The position numbers were made by a program, and so were the translations under genes. A stretch of 58,906 bases of DNA from Oscillospiraceae bacterium (GTDB lineage: Bacteria; Bacillota; Clostridia; Oscillospirales; Ruminococcaceae), in assembly GCA_035593545.1 (NCBI GenBank), contig DAOSWK010000001.1:1-58906 (forward strand). Direction: 5' to 3'. The notes beneath the pieces were generated by a model. That model saw only the letters and a program-made list of their open reading frames with translations, was not told where the DNA came from and did no database searches. Positions 52,091 to 58,906 of this stretch are shown here, piece by piece (position 1 is the stretch's first letter; each line of letters starts with the position of its first letter).

Positions 52091-53245
52091 ATGAAAGAAA
52101 AAGGCTGGTTTCGGAGCATCTTCTGCGCCGTACTCACTGTTGCGGCCGCATCCGTGCTCATTCTGCGTTCCTCGGAAGCCGCGGCCGGGGCAAGATACGG
52201 CCTCTCCCTCTGCGCGGGCACGGTGATCCCGGCCGTTTTTCCTTTTATGGCGCTCTGCGTGTTCGCCTGCGAGAGCCCCGCCGCCCCGTTCTTCTCCAAG
52301 CTGCTCTCCCTGCCGGCAAGGCTCTTTCGCCTGCCGGGAAACTGCGGGGGTATTCTGCTCGCCTCGCTGATCGGCGGCTATCCTTCCGCAGCGAAATGCG
52401 CCGGCGATTATTACAAATTCGGGCTGATCGACCGGGAGACCGCCGAGCGCCTGCTGACCTTCTGCGTCAACGCGGGGCCTCCCTTCCTGCTCTTCGCCGT
52501 CGGGCAGGCGGCCTTCGGCAGCATCCGCACCGGGGCGTTCCTCTGGATCTCCCAGCTCGCCTCCTCCGCGGTGATCGGCCTCCTCGGCGCGCTCTTCGCG
52601 AAGAAGCCCGCGAGAACTTCCGATACGGGCCCGTTCTCCGGCAGGAGCGCCGCCTCCTCCGCCACGCATGCCGTAATCACCGCCGCGGACGCCTGTTTCA
52701 CGATGTGCGCGTTCATCACGGCCGCCTGCGCGCTGACGGAGCTTTTCGATGCCGGAACGCTCTCCGGCCTTTTTCTGAAATACCCCGTCTCCCGCGTGCT
52801 CTTCGACGGGCTGTTTGAGGTCACTTCCGGCTGTACGGAGGCGGGTAGGCTCGGCGGAATGGTGGGCATCCTCGCGGCGGCCGGGATCGCCTCCTTCTCC
52901 GGTATCTCCGTCATCCTTCAGGTGGCGGGCATCCTTGAAGGCAGCGGGATTCGGCTCGGAAAATTTCTGCTCTCCCGGCCGTTCCATGGGGCGCTGACCG
53001 CGGCGTTCTGCTGGGTTCTGCTTCGGATGTTCCCGGAGGCGGTCGAAAGCGCCGTCTCTTTCGACGGGGTGACCGAGGCCGCCGTCTCCGCCTCCGCGCC
53101 CGCGGCGGTGAGCCTGCTGTGCATGATGGCGCTCTTTCTCGTGGCGGCCGTACCAGAAAGAGAGGCGGGAAAACCCGTCTTCGTCTCTCTTCTGGCGAAA
53201 TATTCAAAAAAACGACATGGAAATCCCAACCGCACTCTGATATAA
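52091..53245 (+). CDS. ylbJ: sporulation integral membrane protein YlbJ (nucleoside-recognition domain family)
   Basis: ORF 52055..53245 trimmed to ATG 52091 (AAAGGAGG upstream). GLSLCAGTVIPAVFPFMAL, GGYPSAAK. About ten TM segments. Confidence 0.75.
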   Translation: MKEKGWFRSIFCAVLTVAAASVLILRSSEAAAGARYGLSLCAGTVIPAVFPFMALCVFACESPAAPFFSKLLSLPARLFRLPGNCGGILLASLIGGYPSAAKCAGDYYKFGLIDRETAERLLTFCVNAGPPFLLFAVGQAAFGSIRTGAFLWISQLASSAVIGLLGALFAKKPARTSDTGPFSGRSAASSATHAVITAADACFTMCAFITAACALTELFDAGTLSGLFLKYPVSRVLFDGLFEVTSGCTEAGRLGGMVGILAAAGIASFSGISVILQVAGILEGSGIRLGKFLLSRPFHGALTAAFCWVLLRMFPEAVESAVSFDGVTEAAVSASAPAAVSLLCMMALFLVAAVPEREAGKPVFVSLLAKYSKKRHGNPNRTLI

Positions 53246-53295
53246 TAGAGACGGTTAAAAGATAGGGGCAAAACCCCGGAAAGGCCGGTGAATCG

Positions 53296-53511
53296 ATGAG
53301 AACGTTTTTTGACAGGAACATTGAGCACCGCTGCGAATACTGCACGGAGGGATGGCTCTCCTCCGACGGCAAAAACGTGCTTTGCAGAAAAAGGGGCGTG
53401 GTCGCCCCGGGATATTCTTGTTCTGCATTCCGGTATGACCCGCTGCTCCGCATACCGAAAATCCCCGCGCCGATCCGGGAGACCTACAGCCCGGAGGACT
53501 TTCAGCTCTGA
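53296..53511 (+). CDS. small Cys-rich hypothetical protein (71 aa)
   Basis: The ORF has a CxxC...C...C pattern (CEYCTEGW...LCRKRG...YSCSAFRYDP). Lies between ylbJ and the amidase gene. Confidence 0.5.
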   Translation: MRTFFDRNIEHRCEYCTEGWLSSDGKNVLCRKRGVVAPGYSCSAFRYDPLLRIPKIPAPIRETYSPEDFQL

Positions 53512-53552
53512 GGGGATCTCCCCTCTTTTTTACGAAAACCCGGAGGACATCT

Positions 53553-56030
53553 ATGAAACATGGTCTGATCGCTTTTGCTGCGGCAATGCTGCTGCTGACC
53601 GCCCTTGCCGTTCCCGCCTTCGCGGAGACGGACAGTGTGGAAAATCTGTTTCTCCTGCAGTATGACGATGATGTCTCTGAAAAGGAGGCTCTTGCCTACG
53701 CCATAAACAACGGTTTCTCTCAGGTGGTTCTGGAAGATTTCCCCGCCGGTGCGGCCGGAGATTTCTGCAATGCCGCCGCGGAGGTGGATGTGGGCGTCTT
53801 TATCCGACAGAGCGGCGACACCGAAATCCAAACGAGCACCGCGGAATCTCCCGCTTTTTCCGGCGTACTGGTCGATTGGACCGGGGACGCTTTCGAGACG
53901 ATGACCGCGCTCTCCTCCGCCGCCGGCGAATACGGCGCCGCCGGAGTCTGGTTCGGAGACTCGGTTTCCGACCTGCCGGAAGATCTCGCCGCCTCGGTGG
54001 AACAATGGCGGGAAAACGGAATCTGCGGCTGGGTCTTCGCGGAGATCGACCGCTCGGTCTACTCCGAAACCGGCTACTCGGACGAACTGACTGCGTGGAT
54101 CTCGATTGCCGGAGAGACGCCGCTTGTGACGGTAAACGACCTTGGCCGGGTGCTCATGCCGGTCGTCTCCGGCGATTTCTACGGGGACGAGACCGAACTC
54201 TGTTATCAATATGTCGCCGACCGGATGCTGGGCGTTTGGGGCTTCGCCGTCGACGACTATACTGCCCTTCAGCGTAACGCCTACGGCAGCGCCTCCTCTC
54301 TGCTCGCGGAATTCGGCTCCGAGACGCTCTTTGACGTCAGCGAGTGCCTTGCGATCTCTTCCGACTTCGACATCACCCGCCCCGTAAACTATGACGTGAC
54401 CTTCAGCGGCTCGAAATATACGATCATGGGCACCTCCGACCCGGACCTTCCTCTTTATATGGACGGTACGGAGATCGAACGGATCAGCACGACCGGTCTC
54501 TTCACCGTCAACGTGCCGCTCGACTATAAAACGAATACCTTCGTCTTTTCACAGGACGGAAAAAGCATCACCGTGACGATCCGGAAACCCTCCTCCGATA
54601 CGGTCTCCACCATCAGCAAGATCACCTCCTGCTCCCCTTCCGCCGACCTGATCGTGACCGAGGGCGAGGAGATCACGCTCTCCTGTATCGCGCCGAGCGG
54701 CGGCACGGTCACTGCGACCGTCGACGGCCAGACCGTTCAATTAACCCAAGCCGCGGCGACCGCCTACGACGGCGTTCCGGCGACCTTTAAAAAGACCTTT
54801 ACCTTTATCGGGTGCGGCGATTACCCGGCCGGAGAGACCTCTGAGGCGGGTACGGTCGTCTTTACGCTCACGTATAACGGCAGCACCTCCACGAAAGAGA
54901 GCGCCGGAAACGTCTACGTCAGCGACGGCACCACGCCGGTCCTTGTCCGCGTGATCAACGACAACGCCGGCATCGAACCGGAGGCGGAGGATTCCGGTGC
55001 CTACCTCACCACGCTGCGGAAAGGCTGCACCGACGAAGTGCTGGATTCCACCGACAGCTGGTATCTGCTCTCCTGCGGCGGATATGTCAAGAAGGCGCAT
55101 GTCGAGGTTGTGACCGGCGCGGCGGAGCTCGACAACTCCGTCTCCTCCGCCGTCTACACGGATGGAGGAAATTATGAGGCGGTTACGCTCTCCTGCTCCG
55201 TACTGCCGGCCTACGAGGCGGAATTCTACGGCCGTTATCTGAAAGTGAAGCTCTATCACACGTCGATGGACTGCGACGTGACGGCGCTCAACGATTCCAG
55301 CCGCCTGTTCTTCCGTCTCCGCACGGAGACCGATGAGACGGACGGCAGCGTCACGCTATTTCTTTACTCGAGAGACCCGCTCTGGGGATACGACGTCAGC
55401 ACGGACGAGGAGGCGAACACCCTGCGCATCGCGCTTAAACCGTATCCGACGCTCTCCGACGATCTGTCGAAGCCGCTTGAGGGCGTGACGATCGCGGTCG
55501 CCTCCGGACACGGGGGTGTCGATCCCGGCGCGCTGAGCATCATGGGCGAAAAGGGCGTCTATGAATCGGAGATCAACTATGCGACCTGCGCCGTTCTGGT
55601 GGACAAGCTCATGGAGCTCGGCGCCGACGTGACCTTCATCTATACGGGCGACGAGAAGCTGGATGCCGAAAGCCGGATGTCGCCGGCGCGCGACGTGATG
55701 GCAGACTTTTATATCTGCATCCATGCCAACTCCATCGTGGAGAGCGCGGACGCCAACCTCTACTGCGGCACGGAGGTCTATTATCATGAGGAGACCTCCC
55801 GGCGCTTCGCCGAACTGCTCGCCGCATACATCAGCACCGCTACCGGGCGCGACAATGAGGAGGCCCATCAGGATTACTATACCGTCACGCGGATGACCTA
55901 CTGCCCCTCCGTGATGATCGAGGCGGGCTATGTTTCCAATCCGACGGATCTGGAGAGCCTGACCGATCCGATGATGATCGAGCGCACCGCATGGGCCATC
56001 GTCCGCGCGGTGACGGAGATGCTGGAATAA
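53553..56030 (+). CDS. secreted multidomain N-acetylmuramoyl-L-alanine amidase (C-terminal Amidase_3)
   Basis: Signal peptide MKHGLIAFAAAMLLLTALAVPAFA. C-terminal IAVASGHGGVDPGA, ICIHANS and MIEAGYVSN motifs. The large N-terminal region is unassigned. Confidence 0.8.
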   Translation: MKHGLIAFAAAMLLLTALAVPAFAETDSVENLFLLQYDDDVSEKEALAYAINNGFSQVVLEDFPAGAAGDFCNAAAEVDVGVFIRQSGDTEIQTSTAESPAFSGVLVDWTGDAFETMTALSSAAGEYGAAGVWFGDSVSDLPEDLAASVEQWRENGICGWVFAEIDRSVYSETGYSDELTAWISIAGETPLVTVNDLGRVLMPVVSGDFYGDETELCYQYVADRMLGVWGFAVDDYTALQRNAYGSASSLLAEFGSETLFDVSECLAISSDFDITRPVNYDVTFSGSKYTIMGTSDPDLPLYMDGTEIERISTTGLFTVNVPLDYKTNTFVFSQDGKSITVTIRKPSSDTVSTISKITSCSPSADLIVTEGEEITLSCIAPSGGTVTATVDGQTVQLTQAAATAYDGVPATFKKTFTFIGCGDYPAGETSEAGTVVFTLTYNGSTSTKESAGNVYVSDGTTPVLVRVINDNAGIEPEAEDSGAYLTTLRKGCTDEVLDSTDSWYLLSCGGYVKKAHVEVVTGAAELDNSVSSAVYTDGGNYEAVTLSCSVLPAYEAEFYGRYLKVKLYHTSMDCDVTALNDSSRLFFRLRTETDETDGSVTLFLYSRDPLWGYDVSTDEEANTLRIALKPYPTLSDDLSKPLEGVTIAVASGHGGVDPGALSIMGEKGVYESEINYATCAVLVDKLMELGADVTFIYTGDEKLDAESRMSPARDVMADFYICIHANSIVESADANLYCGTEVYYHEETSRRFAELLAAYISTATGRDNEEAHQDYYTVTRMTYCPSVMIEAGYVSNPTDLESLTDPMMIERTAWAIVRAVTEMLE

Positions 56031-56359
56031 AGCGCTCCTACACATAGAATCAAGACGCGGTCCGAAGAAATCCTCCGGGCCGCGTTTTTCTGTCTATGGA
56101 AAAGCCGGATGCCGAAAAATCACCCCGGCGAAGAAAAATCGGAATCCCATAAAACAACCGCTTTAAAATTCGGAGGAACGGCGGCCCCCGGCATCATAAA
56201 ATACGGCCCGTGGATTTTTTCCCACAGGCCGTGTTCGTTTATATCGGTTTCTTACACCGGACGAAACGGCCCATCACAATGCCCGTTTCATTCCGCAGAT
56301 AGGAGGTTCCCGGTCGGGACCGTTCTTCGGAAAGCACCCGGCCGCATCTTCGCCGATTC

Positions 56360-57490
56360 TCACTTAAAATACATATAGAGCTGGCATTTGATCATGCCGT
56401 TATAGAGCTTGCGGCGGCGGTCGGCTTTCCGGCCGAAGAGCCGCTCGAATTCCTCGTCCGGCGAGATGACCGCGAGGCTCGCGCCGTCTCCGGCATGAAG
56501 AACCGTGCCGAGCGCCTTGTAAAGCTCTTCGGCGGCCTGAATATCCAAAAGACGCTCGCCGTAGGGCGGGTTGCAGAGAACGATCAGCCGGCCCTGCTCC
56601 GGCGGCTCCGGCTGGTGAAAATCATGGATGTCACCCTGTTTTGCCCGGATCCTTCCGGCGACGCCCGCATTCGCGGCGTTTTCCATTGTGAGCGCGACGG
56701 CCGCGGGATCGATGTCCCAGCCGTAGCCCATGAACGGCGCATCCTGCCGTACTTCCTCAAGGCAGAGGCCGCGCTGCTCCGCCCAGATTTCAGGCGGGAA
56801 GCAGCCCCACTGTTCCGCTGTAAAATGGCGGCGGATTCCCGGAGCAATATTGAGCGCCTTCAAAGCCGACTCGATCAGCAGCGTCCCTGAGCCGCACATC
56901 GGGTCGCAGACGACGCTGTCCGGATAGACGTGCGCAAGATCCGCGATGCCGGCGGCGATGGTCTCCTTGATCGGCGCTTCGACCGAGTTGACCCGGTAGC
57001 CGCGCTTATGCAGGCCGGTGCCGCTGGTGTCGAGCATCAGCATCACGCGGTCCTTCAGCAACATGAACTGCACCTGAAAAACCGACCCGGTCTCCTCAAA
57101 CCAACTCTGGTGGTAAACGCCCTCCAGCCGCTTCACAATGGCCCGTTTGATGATGGCCTGACAGTCCGACATGCTGTAAAGCTGGCTCTTGACCGTGCGC
57201 CCCTTGACCGGGAAAGCGTCCTTCCGGGAGAGAAACTCCTCCCACGGAATGGCAAGCGTGCCCTGAAACAGTTCCTCGTACGTTCTTGCCTCGAAGGTGG
57301 AAAGTACGATCTGCACGCGCTCGGCCGTACGGAGGCGCAGGTTCGCCCGGGCGACATCCGCAAAGCTTCCGGTGAAGGAGACGCGGCCGTCCTCGGAGAC
57401 GATATTTTCGGCGCCCATGCGTTTCATCTCGCCGGAGAGCACGCTCTCGAGGCCGAAGAGGCACGGGCAGGATATAGTCAACTCGTTCAT
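56360..57490 (-). CDS. THUMP-domain class I SAM-dependent RNA methyltransferase (RlmL/YpsC-like)
   Basis: N-terminal THUMP domain, DPMCGSGT SAM motif, NPPYGERL motif IV. Confidence 0.85.
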   Translation of the reverse strand: MNELTISCPCLFGLESVLSGEMKRMGAENIVSEDGRVSFTGSFADVARANLRLRTAERVQIVLSTFEARTYEELFQGTLAIPWEEFLSRKDAFPVKGRTVKSQLYSMSDCQAIIKRAIVKRLEGVYHQSWFEETGSVFQVQFMLLKDRVMLMLDTSGTGLHKRGYRVNSVEAPIKETIAAGIADLAHVYPDSVVCDPMCGSGTLLIESALKALNIAPGIRRHFTAEQWGCFPPEIWAEQRGLCLEEVRQDAPFMGYGWDIDPAAVALTMENAANAGVAGRIRAKQGDIHDFHQPEPPEQGRLIVLCNPPYGERLLDIQAAEELYKALGTVLHAGDGASLAVISPDEEFERLFGRKADRRRKLYNGMIKCQLYMYFK

Positions 57491-57493
57491 GAA

Positions 57494-58045
57494 TCAGTTC
57501 CCTTCCGATTGGTTCCCGTTGGGGACGTAGCGCGGCGGCTCCTTGATGCGGGACATCAGGTATGTATCCACATATTGCCCGTCCCGAAGGACCGCCATGC
57601 GCTTTCTGCCTTCGATTTCAAAGCCGAATTTTTGATAAAGATGGATGGCGCGGTCGTTGTCTACGTCGACTTCCAGCTCGATGCGCGTGAGCCCCAGCCA
57701 GTTGTCCGCCAAATCGATAATCTGCCGGAGCAGCGCCGTGCCGACGCCCTGATCCTGATAGTCCTTATGGACGCAGATGCCGAATTCCGCAGTGTGCGCG
57801 GTGCGGGGACGAGCTCCCTGCTCCATGCCGGCCATGCCGATGACTCTCTCACAGCCGCAGGCCTGTGGAACGACCGCGACGAATTCATAGTTATTTGGTC
57901 TCAGGTTATTGATAAAATTTTCCGACTGCTCGATGCGCTCGGAGGGTATCGCAAGCATGAAGCGCGCGGTCTCCGGCTGACGGCGGATGATATTGATGTC
58001 GTCGGCATCCTCCGGACGAACCGGTCGGATCAGATAATCCAACAT
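57494..58045 (-). CDS. GNAT-family N-acetyltransferase
   Basis: VHKDYQDQGVGTALL acetyl-CoA motif A; 183 aa. Confidence 0.85.
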   Translation of the reverse strand: MLDYLIRPVRPEDADDINIIRRQPETARFMLAIPSERIEQSENFINNLRPNNYEFVAVVPQACGCERVIGMAGMEQGARPRTAHTAEFGICVHKDYQDQGVGTALLRQIIDLADNWLGLTRIELEVDVDNDRAIHLYQKFGFEIEGRKRMAVLRDGQYVDTYLMSRIKEPPRYVPNGNQSEGN

Positions 58046-58124
58046 GGCAAAACCCTTCTCTCATAAAAAGCAACAGACCGGCAAACCGCCGGCCCGTCTT
58101 TGGAATTTGTCTCTCCGGCGCGGA

Positions 58125-58874
58125 TCAGCCGGTGATTTTCGCCTTCAAATCGGCGATCTTTGCCGATACCTCCCGCGCGATCTCCTCACAGCGCTGTTCC
58201 GCCTCGTCGTACTTCGCGGTCTGTTTCGCGGCAGGGATCTTGGCGCGCTCGGCGGCCTTATCGATATAATCGAGCCGCTGGCCGAGCACCGTCAGCGAAT
58301 CCTGAAGGAATTTTCGCGTCTTGCCGAGCTCCTCGCGGAAATGCTCAAGATCGGTATTGACGCTCTCGGCGGATTCCTGCGCGCCCGCGATCATGCTCTG
58401 AGCACCGTTCTTTGCGCCCGTGAGCATGGATTTTGCGGAGGCCTCCATGTTGTCGAAACCGTCGAGCCAGCGCTGTTTCTGTCCATCGTGCTCGCGGCTT
58501 TCGGCCAGAAAGGCATCCACTTTATCTTCGAGCTGACGGTTCAGCTCCTTTGCGATGGTGAGTTCCTTTTCCGTGTCACCGTTTTTTCTCTTCAATGCGT
58601 CCAACTGGTCCTCAAGGTTCCCACAGTGCTCCTTGAGGGACATATAATGCCCGCGGAGCTCCTCATATGCGGCGGAAAGCTCCTGAAAATTCTTTTCTCC
58701 CAAAGCGAGCGTGTCGTTTTTTTCCTTGAGCTGGGAATCCAGCTGCCGGATCTCGAGATCCGCCTTCTCTTGAGATGCCGTATGCTCCGCATTGAGGCTG
58801 TCGATGTACTTCAGCACTTCCTCTTTGTTGAAGCCGCCAAAGGTGGATTTTGAGAAAATAACCTGTTCGGACAT
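58125..58874 (-). CDS. DivIVA-domain-like coiled-coil protein
   Basis: The N-terminal FSKSTFGGFNKEEVLKYIDSL resembles the DivIVA N-domain. The rest is heptad-rich coiled coil. Confidence 0.55.
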   Translation of the reverse strand: MSEQVIFSKSTFGGFNKEEVLKYIDSLNAEHTASQEKADLEIRQLDSQLKEKNDTLALGEKNFQELSAAYEELRGHYMSLKEHCGNLEDQLDALKRKNGDTEKELTIAKELNRQLEDKVDAFLAESREHDGQKQRWLDGFDNMEASAKSMLTGAKNGAQSMIAGAQESAESVNTDLEHFREELGKTRKFLQDSLTVLGQRLDYIDKAAERAKIPAAKQTAKYDEAEQRCEEIAREVSAKIADLKAKITG

Positions 58875-58906
58875 GGAGGTCTCCCCTTCCGCATGAATGA
58901 TGTTGC

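Overview
This 58.9-kb GC-rich chromosomal window reads as core genome of a spore-forming Clostridia. An Oscillospiraceae/Ruminococcaceae-like origin is an inference from gene content only (sigG, ylmC, ylbJ, YetF+DUF4363, PolC, MutS2, PduL). I call about 60 protein genes and one tRNA-Gly(CCC). Conserved housekeeping blocks are: yceD-rpmF; radC; polC-ispG-rseP-dxr-cdsA-uppS-frr-pyrH; tsf-rpsB; sigG; galE and galM; mnmA with two tandem lepB; a long-type phosphofructokinase; ogt-mutS2; recO-yqzL-era-ybeY-phoH; ilvE; a Clp ATPase; ylbJ; two Amidase_3 cell-wall hydrolases. I found no transposase, integrase, reverse transcriptase, CRISPR array or recognisable defence or toxin genes. The most unusual signal is non-coding. 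A family of ~60-nt elements each fold into a perfect three-way junction, with fully compensated stem differences between copies and conserved flanks. There are five complete copies and one fragment at two intergenic loci (35.8-36.1 kb, splitting era from yqzL/recO; 41.6-41.8 kb, just upstream of a uracil-DNA glycosylase gene). Other points worth follow-up:
- a ~160-nt leader with a strand-specific terminator ahead of a CNNM/CorC transporter (candidate orphan riboswitch);
- an orphan consensus promoter plus terminator unit (candidate sRNA) next to a 45-bp duplication of a gene's 3' end;
- a 62-codon ORF that is only a signal peptide plus a sortase sorting signal;
- an RluA-family gene whose S4 domain has no canonical start codon;
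- a two-gene insertion inside the tsf-pyrH cluster;
- a hairpin-dense, low-coding islet next to the tRNA.
All calls rest on reading the sequence and on remembered family motifs. No database search was possible, and start codons and RNA elements are provisional.
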